From a virus (taxonomy: Duplodnaviria > Caudoviricetes), in IMG/VR virus record IMGVR_UViG_3300028797_000169, positions 1,286 through 65,285 of that record: DNA of 64,000 bases; one strand, written 5' to 3'. The notes below the pieces were generated by a model, which was not told the origin of the DNA, did not search any database, and saw only the letters and a program-made list of their open reading frames with translations. Position numbers and translations under genes: made by a program. Shown piece after piece: positions 55,244 through 64,000 of this stretch (within the stretch, counting starts at the first letter, position 1; every line of letters starts with the position of its first letter).

Positions 55244-55609
55244 ATGAGTAAGTGGCTATATAGATTAGAAAGTCTTAATGAAGATAACGGTCTTTGGTAT
55301 AACACAAAAGGAGAGTTAGTTTGGGGTATAGGCGAATTGTCTGAATGTACTACAAAATATCTGCCTATGGGCTATGATATACGTTATCACAAAGACGGCA
55401 GAAATTGGTTTTCTAGTTGTAGTCGTAAAGAAGACTTAACTCATTGGTATTCATTACAGGACGCACTAGATTTAATAAAGAAGGGATTTGTATTTACAAG
55501 GTATCTTGCTACTGAGTATGTGGAGTATGAATTAGAAACCACATTCATTAAAGATACTTGTCTTAAACGAGAAGTATTAGATATAGAGGAGGTGTTTGCG
55601 AATGAGTAA
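55244..55609 (+). CDS. Hypothetical protein
   Basis: 121 aa, RBS GAGGAGG. Confidence 0.7.
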   Translation: MSKWLYRLESLNEDNGLWYNTKGELVWGIGELSECTTKYLPMGYDIRYHKDGRNWFSSCSRKEDLTHWYSLQDALDLIKKGFVFTRYLATEYVEYELETTFIKDTCLKREVLDIEEVFANE

Positions 55610-55753
55610 CGAAATTACAGAGTTTGAACAGTGGGATGAACTTGTTGAAAAACTGGATGAGGTTTTAAAGAATTATAATCTTGAGATAAAGAGTTTAGTC
55701 GGACAGTTAAAACATCCGTTAGAAATTGATGTTTATATTGAGGAGAAAGAATA

Positions 55754-55945
55754 ATGGCAGACGCAAAACAATGTGATAGGTGTAAGAAGTATTATCCATA
55801 TGAATTAAGTTGGGACAGAGATTACGTTATTAAAAGAAGTAATGTTAGCACAATGGATATTTGTCCTGAGTGTTATTTGAAACTACTTGATTTTCTTGGA
55901 GTAAAGCCTACAGAAGAAGAAAAGAAGAAAGGTAAAAAGAAATGA
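55754..55945 (+). CDS. Small zinc-binding protein
   Basis: KQCDRCKK...DICPECY. Confidence 0.65.
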   Translation: MADAKQCDRCKKYYPYELSWDRDYVIKRSNVSTMDICPECYLKLLDFLGVKPTEEEKKKGKKK

Positions 55946-56205
55946 AGGTAAAAGCAATAATTAAAGTAGATGTGCCGGAATGGCAAATAGGTGAAGAGGC
56001 ACAAATATTTTTCCCCGACAGTATGTGTGCAAAAGGCATATGTGAACTTGCCACTAAGGACAATGATATAGAAACCTTATTGAATGAGTTTATAACGTAT
56101 GTGTATGCCGTTCAAAATCCTGTTGAGGCGCATAACGGAGTAATAACAACAAGTACATTAAGTGAGGCTAAAAGAGGTTTCTTAAAGAAGTATGACAACA
56201 GATAG
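55942..56205 (+). CDS. Hypothetical protein
   Basis: 87 aa, coupled. Confidence 0.6.
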   Translation: MKVKAIIKVDVPEWQIGEEAQIFFPDSMCAKGICELATKDNDIETLLNEFITYVYAVQNPVEAHNGVITTSTLSEAKRGFLKKYDNR

Positions 56206-56377
56206 GCTGTTAGAACTATTAGCAATAGAGAGGCTATGTGTATTACAGAACGTTCTGGAGCGGTGTAATAGAGATTGTGCTAACTGTAATCTAGTGCAGA
56301 AGGATATGGAGATAATCGAAATGTATGAGGCACTAGAACATATAGTGGCTAATTACAGATTAAGGAGGAAACAATGA
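56192..56377 (+). CDS. Hypothetical protein (CNRDCANC motif)
   Basis: 61 aa, coupled. Confidence 0.6.
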   Translation: MTTDRLLELLAIERLCVLQNVLERCNRDCANCNLVQKDMEIIEMYEALEHIVANYRLRRKQ

Positions 56378-56601
56378 CAGAAAAAGATTTAAAAAGAGGT
56401 AAGCAAATACAAAAGAACTTAGAGACCTTAAATCTCTTAGGCGGTATTATGAAGTCCGGTTTTCCTAAAATGACTGATAGTTACAGAGAGGTTTGGTTCG
56501 CTGACTTAGATACAGTTACTTGGGAAAAATTTAAAACGGCGGTGTTAAGTGTTGTTGACGAAAGAAAGGCCGCATTGAAAAAAGAGTTTGAGGAACTTTA
56601 A
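56374..56601 (+). CDS. Hypothetical protein
   Basis: 75 aa, RBS AGGAGG. Confidence 0.65.
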   Translation: MTEKDLKRGKQIQKNLETLNLLGGIMKSGFPKMTDSYREVWFADLDTVTWEKFKTAVLSVVDERKAALKKEFEEL

Positions 56602-56753
56602 TGGAGGGAGATATGTCACGATTTGAGATTTTTGTATGCGTGGTTCTTGTGGCACAATGTATTCACAATATGATGATGTTTTATGCCGTTTCTGATATAA
56701 CAAGAGCAATAAGAGAAGGCAACAGAAAAGCATAAGTTGGAGAGAACTTCTAC

Positions 56754-56782
56754 TTGACATTTATATAATCGTGTAGTATAAT
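56754..56782 (+). promoter_or_regulatory. Sigma-A promoter for the MoxR-vWA operon
   Basis: TTGACA-17-TATAAT. Confidence 0.8.
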
Positions 56783-56842
56783 GATTGTGTAGTCAAAAAG
56801 ACTATATTATAAATAAAAAGATTCCAATGGAGGACAAAAAGT

Positions 56843-57817
56843 ATGAGTACCACGAAAAAGAGTACCAAAGAAGTAACATCGGCAGTGCTAATACCTGCAA
56901 ATTCTAAGCCCGCAGGTTTTGCAGAACTCGAAACAGGGTTCGGAGTAATGCTTGAGGGCATTAAACAGGAAGTTCGTAACTTCATTTCCACAGAATACGG
57001 GCCCATAAAGAGAACAATCACCCTTAACGTAGACGGAAAGCACAAAGAACTCAAAGGCTATCTCCACGAGAAGTTTGATACGGTTCTCAAGTTCGTATCA
57101 AACAATGAGCCTGTGTTCTTGTCAGGTCCTGCAGGTTCAGGTAAGAACTATATCTGTAAGCAGGTTGCAGAGTCTTTGGGCTTGAAGTTTTACTTTTCCA
57201 ACGCAATTACACAAGAGTACAAGTTGACAGGCTTTACAGACGCAATGGGTAAGTACCAGCAGACACAGTTCTTTCAGGCGTTTACTAAGGGCGGTTTGTT
57301 TATGCTTGACGAGGTAGACGCAAGTATTCCTGAAGTTCTTGTCATTCTTAATGCGGCTATTGCCAACAAGTATTTTGATTTTCCAGCACCTATCGGATAC
57401 AGAGAGGCACACCCTGACTTTAGAGTTGTAGCCGCGGGTAATACAACAGGTCATGGCGCAGATTATGAGTACATTGGTCGTAATCATCTTGACGGAGCAA
57501 GTTTGGATAGATTTGCTTTGGTAAGCATTGATTACAGTAAGGCAATCGAGGACGGTCTCGCAGGTAACATAGAATTGGCTGATTTCTGCCGAGAGTTTAG
57601 AAATGCTAGTAAGAAGGCAGGTATTAGTACCATTGTTTCTTATCGTGCCATTGAAAGACTTGCTAAGATGATACCAATAATGACACTTGAGGACGCATTG
57701 AAGTACTGTCTTGTAAAAGACTTAGAGAAGGACGATTTACATCAGATACTTTTGGAGTTAGGGTGGTCAAAGTATAAGGACGCACTTGACAACTTGTACG
57801 CCAGTATGGAGGGATAA
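56843..57817 (+). CDS. MoxR/CbbQ-type AAA+ ATPase
   Basis: GPAGSGKN, LDEVDA, AHPDFRVVAAGNT, LDGASLDRF, SYRA. Confidence 0.88.
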   Translation: MSTTKKSTKEVTSAVLIPANSKPAGFAELETGFGVMLEGIKQEVRNFISTEYGPIKRTITLNVDGKHKELKGYLHEKFDTVLKFVSNNEPVFLSGPAGSGKNYICKQVAESLGLKFYFSNAITQEYKLTGFTDAMGKYQQTQFFQAFTKGGLFMLDEVDASIPEVLVILNAAIANKYFDFPAPIGYREAHPDFRVVAAGNTTGHGADYEYIGRNHLDGASLDRFALVSIDYSKAIEDGLAGNIELADFCREFRNASKKAGISTIVSYRAIERLAKMIPIMTLEDALKYCLVKDLEKDDLHQILLELGWSKYKDALDNLYASMEG

Positions 57818-57818
57818 T

Positions 57819-58682
57819 ATGTCGGTCATAAAAGAAAAAGATATTACCTTAGATGGTAAAAAGTATTCAGTCCATGCCGAACTATATAACTCTACAAAAA
57901 GTGTTCTTGACGACCTAAAGTCAAGAACTACCAGAATAAGTGGTTATGAAATGAAGGACTCCGATATACACAAGAGTTGGCACGGCGTTGATAACTGGAA
58001 TGAGGCTTTAGAGTTGCTGAGAGACGGATATAAGCCGATAGTTGAACAACTCAAGTCAACTTTGAAAAGTAAGACCAGAACAGAAAAGAAAACCGCAGTA
58101 GTTAATGCAGTACAGGGATTTATGCCGTCTGTTCCCCTCGCGTTAAAAAACCTTCCTGAGTGTATGCTCACAGTGGATAGAAATGTTCCTGCAGCCCGAG
58201 TTATTGACCTGTATTATGATATGTCCTCAACCTACAGTAAAACTGTTGATGATTTTCTTAAGGCGGGCAAAGTTCTGCTTTCTGTGATAATTGGACTTGA
58301 AAAGCAAGGCTATAGGTTTAATATGTACGCGGTACAAAGTTATCCTAGATATTCTAGCGGTACTGTGGATTTCTTATGTGTAAAGGTGAAATCTAGCGAC
58401 AAACCTTTGGACATTAAGCGAATGAGTTTTTCCTTAATACATCCTGCGTTTTTTAGAGTTATTGGATTTGACTGGCAGGGCAAATCTCCGATTACGAGAG
58501 ACCTGGGTTCTGGTAGAGGTGGGGACTTTTTTAGAGATTTTTCAACTTATACCAGAAATCTTATTGTAAAAGAAATGTTTGGAGAGAATGCCCATTATGT
58601 GTCAAGCACTAACTTGATTGATGGAAAGTATGAGCCTAATATTGTCAAGGAGGCACTTGAAGATGGAAAAGATAAAAAATAA
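57819..58682 (+). CDS. vWA-like partner of the MoxR ATPase
   Basis: Degenerate MIDAS YYDMSST; HPAFFRVIGF; adjacent to the MoxR gene. Confidence 0.65.
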   Translation: MSVIKEKDITLDGKKYSVHAELYNSTKSVLDDLKSRTTRISGYEMKDSDIHKSWHGVDNWNEALELLRDGYKPIVEQLKSTLKSKTRTEKKTAVVNAVQGFMPSVPLALKNLPECMLTVDRNVPAARVIDLYYDMSSTYSKTVDDFLKAGKVLLSVIIGLEKQGYRFNMYAVQSYPRYSSGTVDFLCVKVKSSDKPLDIKRMSFSLIHPAFFRVIGFDWQGKSPITRDLGSGRGGDFFRDFSTYTRNLIVKEMFGENAHYVSSTNLIDGKYEPNIVKEALEDGKDKK

Positions 58683-58833
58683 GGATGAGTGGGTTCGTTG
58701 CAAGTCTTGTGGACATAAACTTATGAAAGTAGTGGACATATGCGATACTTGTGGCGGCAAACTTGAAATAAAGTGCCATTCTTGTAAGGCAATAAATCTA
58801 ATAGATTTTGGAAAGGAGAACGATAGTGGATAA
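58663..58833 (+). CDS. Com-like zinc-ribbon protein
   Basis: RCKSCGHKL...LEIKCHSCKAIN. Confidence 0.7.
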   Translation: MEKIKNKDEWVRCKSCGHKLMKVVDICDTCGGKLEIKCHSCKAINLIDFGKENDSG

Positions 58834-59155
58834 ACCAATAAGACCCACACGTTTTTACTCAAAGAAACAGGAAGAACATATCGCAAAAGCATTGGGAGGT
58901 AAAAGAACTGCCAACAGCGGTGCGACCGCGTTCTACAAAGGTGATGTAACCACTGATGAATGGCTTTTTGAGGCAAAAACGTGTACTACATTAAAGAAGT
59001 CCTTTTCCATTAAGAGAGAATGGATAGACAAGAACAGAGAAGAGGCTTTCGCTATGCGTAAACCCTATAATGCGCTAGTGATAGACTTTGGAGATGGCGA
59101 ACAGTTTTATCTGGTAGACGAAAAAACATTTAAGGAACTTATAAATAAGAGTTGA
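58826..59155 (+). CDS. Small PD-(D/E)xK nuclease (Hjc-like resolvase)
   Basis: KQEEHIAK...SGA...KGDV...LFEAKT. Confidence 0.7.
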   Translation: MDKPIRPTRFYSKKQEEHIAKALGGKRTANSGATAFYKGDVTTDEWLFEAKTCTTLKKSFSIKREWIDKNREEAFAMRKPYNALVIDFGDGEQFYLVDEKTFKELINKS

Positions 59156-59221
59156 CTTTATTTGTATTGTGTTGTATAATATTTATAGTAGTGAAGTGCT
59201 ACAATCAAATTAAATTGGAGG
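59152..59221 (+). promoter_or_regulatory. Sigma-A promoter with variant early-type leader
   Basis: TTGACT-17-TATAAT-ATTTATAGTA, hairpin GTAGT/GCTAC, AATCAAATT, GGAGG. Confidence 0.8.
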
Positions 59222-59228
59222 TTTAATT

Positions 59229-59636
59229 ATGCAGACGTTTGAAAAAGGTAACAAGGACCTGAGTAAGTTTACTTGGGTAACAAAGAGTAAGAATTGGTGT
59301 AAAATTGAAAATGATATTGCTATTTCGATAGCGAGAGCAAGCGGTAACTGTAAACGTGAAAGGGCGATGGTTCACTTTCACAACTTTGCCGCAAAGAGGA
59401 TAAGTAATTCCAATTACGTTATGTTCGGTATTGACGGTGATAGGCTTTACTTTGCCGAGAGTGACTCAACTTCTGGATTTAAAATGTCCGCGAAGTGTGA
59501 GGATAAGAGGATGGCCACATCACAAATATCAGACGATAAGTTTGTTGAATGGGCTAGAGAACATAGAGGTGAATATACACTTCATCAAGACGCAGGTTCT
59601 GGATTGTATTACATTGATACAAGGAGGCTCATATGA
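59229..59636 (+). CDS. Hypothetical protein
   Basis: 135 aa, first gene after the promoter. Confidence 0.75.
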   Translation: MQTFEKGNKDLSKFTWVTKSKNWCKIENDIAISIARASGNCKRERAMVHFHNFAAKRISNSNYVMFGIDGDRLYFAESDSTSGFKMSAKCEDKRMATSQISDDKFVEWAREHRGEYTLHQDAGSGLYYIDTRRLI

Positions 59637-59851
59637 CTTGGCAGATGATTATTTTCGTGGCGATAATGTTTATCGCCAGTTTCTTCTTTGGCGCAATCTT
59701 TGGTATGTATTTGCAAAGAAGTGAGGATATGAAAATCCTCAAAGAGCAACAGGACGACCTCAGAGAGATTAACAATCGCATACAAGAAGAAAATGCGAGG
59801 TTAAGAAATGAGATACAGTCTAAGGACGATATTAAGATAGGAGGGTTTTGA
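59633..59851 (+). CDS. Membrane-anchored coiled-coil protein
   Basis: N-terminal TM IIFVAIMFIASFFFGAIFGMYL. Confidence 0.65.
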   Translation: MTWQMIIFVAIMFIASFFFGAIFGMYLQRSEDMKILKEQQDDLREINNRIQEENARLRNEIQSKDDIKIGGF

Positions 59852-59853
59852 CT

Positions 59854-60537
59854 ATGTCAAAGTTTGGGGTCGGTGACATTGTTAGAGTTAAGAAGTTTTT
59901 GAACGAGATACCGCTATTTTTTCATGGTTATACTGACCATATGCAGGAGTGGGAAGGTAAACTTGTTCGTATCCGCAAAGTGGTAGACTTAGGAGAAGGG
60001 TATAACGTTGAAACTCTTGGAGGTGAACATATACCTTTTGATTGGGACCCAAGAGCGTTTACTAAGGTAACCATATGCCCATCAAGCGGAAAGTATAAAG
60101 TTGGAGACTTAGTTATTGGTAATGACGTGGCAACAGAGTTGTATCGCAATAACTATACAACGAAGGGCTGGGTAGGAAGAGTAGTAGATGTGTACGACAA
60201 ATGGATAGATGTTGAAGGACATTGTTTTCAGAAGGGTATAAACGGTGACCGTACAAGCACTTGTTATGATAGGTTTACAGTAAATCCGGAGGCGTTTGAC
60301 CTTCTTGACAAGGAAAAGAGTCAAGCGTATAAGTTCGGTATTAAGAAGGTTATCTTCAATAAGCCTGCAACTATTGTTATTTGGACAGATGATACAAAGA
60401 CAGTAGTTAAGATACAAGATGGAGATAAATTTTCAAAAGAACTGGGCCTCGCCATGTGTATTGCTAAAAAGCATTTTGGCAATAAAGGCAACTACAACGA
60501 GGTGTTCAAACAGTTTTGTAAGGAGGGTGAACAATGA
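59854..60537 (+). CDS. Phage protein with two KOW/SH3-like repeats
   Basis: KFGVGDIVRVK and KYKVGDLVIG; C-terminal IKKVIFNKPATIVIWTDDTKTVVK. Confidence 0.7.
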   Translation: MSKFGVGDIVRVKKFLNEIPLFFHGYTDHMQEWEGKLVRIRKVVDLGEGYNVETLGGEHIPFDWDPRAFTKVTICPSSGKYKVGDLVIGNDVATELYRNNYTTKGWVGRVVDVYDKWIDVEGHCFQKGINGDRTSTCYDRFTVNPEAFDLLDKEKSQAYKFGIKKVIFNKPATIVIWTDDTKTVVKIQDGDKFSKELGLAMCIAKKHFGNKGNYNEVFKQFCKEGEQ

Positions 60538-60992
60538 ATGATTGTAAGTTTAAAGTCGGTGATAAGGTGAGGCTTAGAGACCCTAAAGATGTTCCTCAAA
60601 TAGATAGAGATACCGTAGTATCAGATATGAACTTTAAAGGTTTTCGTACGATAGTGGACGCATATCAAGCAAAAACCGCTAACATATACAAAGTTGCTGG
60701 CAAAGGTAATTATCTTTATACAGAGGCATTATTGGAGAAGGGTGAAGAAGGAGAACAAGAGATAGAGGACTTCAAAGAAGTATCTTTATCACAGGAAAAT
60801 ATTACGCTTTCTAGGGACGATTTTCACGACGTAGCCGTGGACGTTATGGCTGATTTTGTTGCCAATCCTCCTAAAGATAAATTAGGCAGAGATACTAGCA
60901 AGGCCTCATTTCTTTTGGCTATGGCAGTTCCGGTTATAGCAGACAAGATAGAAGAAAAGTTGTTCGGTAAGAAAGATAAGGAGGATGAGTAA
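60534..60992 (+). CDS. Hypothetical protein with a KOW/SH3-like N-terminus
   Basis: KFKVGDKVRL. Confidence 0.65.
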   Translation: MNDCKFKVGDKVRLRDPKDVPQIDRDTVVSDMNFKGFRTIVDAYQAKTANIYKVAGKGNYLYTEALLEKGEEGEQEIEDFKEVSLSQENITLSRDDFHDVAVDVMADFVANPPKDKLGRDTSKASFLLAMAVPVIADKIEEKLFGKKDKEDE

Positions 60993-61210
60993 TGGATACG
61001 CAGACGTTGATGGTGCTTAAACACTTACAATCTGGTAAGACGATTACAAATATCGAGGCAACAAACTTATACGGAGCAACAAGGCTCGGTGATATAATTT
61101 TCAGGCTTCGTAAGAAGTATAAGATTTCAACCGTTATGACAGGTGGTGTTAATAGATATGGCAGAGTAACACGTTACGGAGTTTATAAGTATATCGGTGA
61201 GAAGGAATAA
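60992..61210 (+). CDS. Small winged-HTH protein
   Basis: LKHLQSGKTITNIEATNLYGATRLGDIIFRLRK. Confidence 0.75.
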   Translation: MDTQTLMVLKHLQSGKTITNIEATNLYGATRLGDIIFRLRKKYKISTVMTGGVNRYGRVTRYGVYKYIGEKE

Positions 61211-61214
61211 ATAA

Positions 61215-62258
61215 ATGGAAAGTTTAGCAATTAAATATCGTCCAAAAACGTGGAGCGATGTGGTTGAGCAGAGTGCTACAAAGACAATTTTGCAAAACCA
61301 ATTGGATACTGGTGAGATTAAAAATGCTTATCTCTTTTGCGGCGGTGCAGGAACGGGCAAGACCACCTGCGCTCGCATTTTTGCGAATGAAATAAATAAG
61401 CACGTTGGAACACCGATAGAGTTAGACGCGGCTAGTAATAACTCGGTTGATGATGTAAGGAAACTTATAGAGCAGGCTCAATCCGCAAGTATTGATAGTG
61501 AGTACAAAGTGTTTATAATGGACGAGGTTCACGCATTGTCTAATAGTGCTTGGCAGGCTATGTTGAAGATACTTGAGGAGCCGCCAAAGAAGTCTGTATT
61601 TATAATGTGTACTACTGACCCACAAAAGATACCTAATACAATCTTGTCGAGAGTGCAGAGGTTTGACTTTAAGAGGATAAGTCAAGAAGGTATTGTTAAT
61701 AGGCTTTCACTTATTGTTAGCGAGGAGAATGTTGGCGGTGATACTAAGGAAGAATGTGCTATTGTTGACGAGGCTTTAAAGTATATCGCTAGATTGGCGG
61801 AAGGTGGTATGCGTGACGCAATCACAATGTTGGATAAGTGCTTAGCATATTCAACTAAGTTAACACTGGACAATGTCTCTAGTGCGTTAGGAACGGCTAA
61901 TATTGTTACTATGCTTGACCTTACAAATAGTATCCTGAGTAAAGAGTTAAAGCGCATTGTAGGCACAATAAATATACTTCATAGCGAAGGAAAAGACCTG
62001 AAGTTGTTTATAAGACAGTACACAGATTTTATCCTGGATATAAACAAGTTGTATCTACTTGGTGATGTTAAATACACAAAGTTACCTGACATTGCCGAGA
62101 TTAGACAACTTACGGAAGAGAGTAGTGAATACTTTGACGCAACGATGGACTTACTTGATGAATTAATTAAGTTAGGCGTAGCGATAAAGTGGGACAGTTC
62201 ACCAAAGTCCGTGATAGAGGCAACATTAATTATGTTTAGTAGGAGGATTGAAACGTGA
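61215..62258 (+). CDS. dnaX: Clamp loader gamma/tau-like subunit
   Basis: KYRPKTWSDVVEQ, GGAGTGKTT, ELDAASN, DEVHAL, LKILEEPP, TILSRVQRF, GGMRDA. Confidence 0.93.
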   Translation: MESLAIKYRPKTWSDVVEQSATKTILQNQLDTGEIKNAYLFCGGAGTGKTTCARIFANEINKHVGTPIELDAASNNSVDDVRKLIEQAQSASIDSEYKVFIMDEVHALSNSAWQAMLKILEEPPKKSVFIMCTTDPQKIPNTILSRVQRFDFKRISQEGIVNRLSLIVSEENVGGDTKEECAIVDEALKYIARLAEGGMRDAITMLDKCLAYSTKLTLDNVSSALGTANIVTMLDLTNSILSKELKRIVGTINILHSEGKDLKLFIRQYTDFILDINKLYLLGDVKYTKLPDIAEIRQLTEESSEYFDATMDLLDELIKLGVAIKWDSSPKSVIEATLIMFSRRIET

Positions 62259-63061
62259 TTGGACAAACAAGATTAAAGGAGCAAATAGAGAGACAATGGG
62301 AGACAGATAAGTTTCCCTCTTTTGCTATCTTTGTGGGACCGAGGGGTTGTGGTAAGCGAACAATGATAAAGGAGATTGTTAAAGACAATAACCTTATTTT
62401 TAGTGAAATTCCAACAACAGTTGATGGCGTAAGAGAGTTACAATACTTAATCAACAGGTCAAGTGACGTGGTTTACAGTATAAACAACATTGACAGTTTA
62501 TCTCAGGCCGGGTGTAATGCACTTCTGAAAATTGCAGAAGAACATGATGATAATACAATCATAGCCACTTGTGAGAATATCGAGAATGTTCCAACAACAA
62601 TAAGAAGTAGGGCAGTGGTATATCAGTTTGACGAATACACACAGGACGAGTTATGCGATTTTTGTGAGGAGCGCGGTTATGAGGTAACTGACTTTGTAAT
62701 GTCCGTTTGTGAGACACCTGGCGACATTGAGGAACTTAATAAGTATGATATTGAGGAATTTAGGAACTTTATATTTAAGGTAATAGAGAATGTTGCGTCT
62801 GTGTCTGGTGCAAATGCTTTTAAAATAGCGGATAAGATTTGTATTAAGAGTGACGAAGGATATGACTTAAAGTTATTCTTAAAGGCGTTTTCCAGTATTT
62901 GCGTTGATTATATGATGGACAAAGATGTAAACAATAGTTTGAAGTTTGCTAAGGCCGTTGCTATTACCGGAAACATATTAGCAGACCTTAACATAAAGTC
63001 CATAAACAAACAGATGTTGTTTGATACATGGTTGCTTGATGTAAGGAGTGCATGGTCGTGA
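62255..63061 (+). CDS. holB: Clamp loader delta-prime-like subunit
   Basis: FVGPRGCGKRT, ALLKIAEE, TTIRSRA (SRC-like). Confidence 0.75.
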   Translation: MIGQTRLKEQIERQWETDKFPSFAIFVGPRGCGKRTMIKEIVKDNNLIFSEIPTTVDGVRELQYLINRSSDVVYSINNIDSLSQAGCNALLKIAEEHDDNTIIATCENIENVPTTIRSRAVVYQFDEYTQDELCDFCEERGYEVTDFVMSVCETPGDIEELNKYDIEEFRNFIFKVIENVASVSGANAFKIADKICIKSDEGYDLKLFLKAFSSICVDYMMDKDVNNSLKFAKAVAITGNILADLNIKSINKQMLFDTWLLDVRSAWS

Positions 63062-63981
63062 ATATAACAGATGTTAAAAAGCAGATAAAGGAAAAGTCTT
63101 TATCTTCCTTTTACATCTTCACGGGAGAAGAAATAGAGGTTCAACGCATATACATAAACAAGATAGCCGAAGTGGCCAATATGTCAGTAGTCAGGGCTAA
63201 TAGTATATCAGATATATGGTACACAATGACTAGACCTTCATTGATAGATGAAAAGCACGTTTACGTGGTGCGTGACGATAAGGACTTTAACTCTAATACA
63301 ACCTTGCAAAAGCAATTACAGGAAGATGTGCTTAATGGTAACATACTGATTATCTTGTTAACTAGTGTCGATAAAAGAACAATACTCTATAAGACGTTTA
63401 AAGACGCTATAATCACGTTTGAACATTTAAGCACAGATGTACTCATTAAATATGTCCAACGCGAAATAGCACTAAATACAAGCGATATAAAGCACTTAAT
63501 AGAGTTATGCGAAAATGATTATTCAAGAATATTGTTGGAGATAGATAAAATAAAGCGGTATGCAACGAATGGTGTAGATAAGGCATTTAAAGAACTTGTC
63601 GAGCAGGGCGTAATATATTCTCCGCCAAAAGATGCAATCTTTGATTTTGTGGATGCAGTATTGCGTAGACAGGTTGGAAGAGCATATAATCTATTAGAAC
63701 AATGTTATGCAGTCGGTGAAAGTAATGTGGCTATATTGTCTGTGTTATATACAACGGCTAAACAAACGTTACAGGTGCAAAGTTGTGAAAGCCGTGACAT
63801 AGCACAAGCAACAGGGTTAACCGCATGGCAAGTTAAATGTGCTAAAGAACGTATGGGTAAGTATTATATAGGCGAACTAGTAGGTATGTTAAGACTTATC
63901 CAGAAGATACAAAAAGATATTGTAACAGGGCAGATGGACGAAAGTATGTCCGTAGAGTATTTTTTGGTGAATGTACTATGA
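63052..63981 (+). CDS. holA: Clamp loader delta-like subunit
   Basis: FYIFTGEE, ELCENDYSRILLEIDKI, IFDFVDAV, IQKDIVTGQMD. Confidence 0.8.
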   Translation: MVVNITDVKKQIKEKSLSSFYIFTGEEIEVQRIYINKIAEVANMSVVRANSISDIWYTMTRPSLIDEKHVYVVRDDKDFNSNTTLQKQLQEDVLNGNILIILLTSVDKRTILYKTFKDAIITFEHLSTDVLIKYVQREIALNTSDIKHLIELCENDYSRILLEIDKIKRYATNGVDKAFKELVEQGVIYSPPKDAIFDFVDAVLRRQVGRAYNLLEQCYAVGESNVAILSVLYTTAKQTLQVQSCESRDIAQATGLTAWQVKCAKERMGKYYIGELVGMLRLIQKIQKDIVTGQMDESMSVEYFLVNVL

Positions 63982-64000
63982 GAGATTATAAGGCTAACTA

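Noticed and set aside
1-64000. Stop-codon reassignment
   Set aside because: Standard-code ORFs tile the + strand densely with full-length proteins, and no suppressor tRNA is present

Overview
The window is most of the genome of an AT-rich, tailed dsDNA phage (siphovirus-type). Every credible gene is on the + strand, and no integrase or repressor is visible. The host is inferred to be a Firmicute (probably Clostridia), from near-consensus TTGACA-17-TATAAT promoters with TG extensions, an A118/SPP1-like head-tail module and a CHAP/CW_7 endolysin. Gene order: tRNA cluster (Gln, Met, Leu) enclosing a ~470-nt structured non-coding region; Cas4-like/RecU/RecA recombination genes; promoter-terminator cassettes of small early genes; a repeat-rich non-coding junction (candidate pac site or genome end); TerS, a displaced tail-tip plus lysin block, TerL; portal, head and tail genes; an HTH gene with a helically phased repeat array ahead of a cassette of low-complexity proteins; SNF2 helicase; replication initiator, DnaC, DnaB, primase, SSB, PolA; a two-glycosyltransferase plus cytidylyltransferase-HAD cluster; a beta clamp; a MoxR-vWA pair; and a three-subunit bacterial-type clamp loader. 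Strongest leads: (1) the glycosyltransferase cluster, whose small partner starts with a clamp-binding-like motif (candidate replication-coupled DNA hypermodification); (2) the large ncRNA between tRNAs; (3) the HTH/repeat/low-complexity cassette; (4) a kissing-loop leader upstream of the replication initiator. All protein family calls come from motifs recognised by eye, not from database searches.
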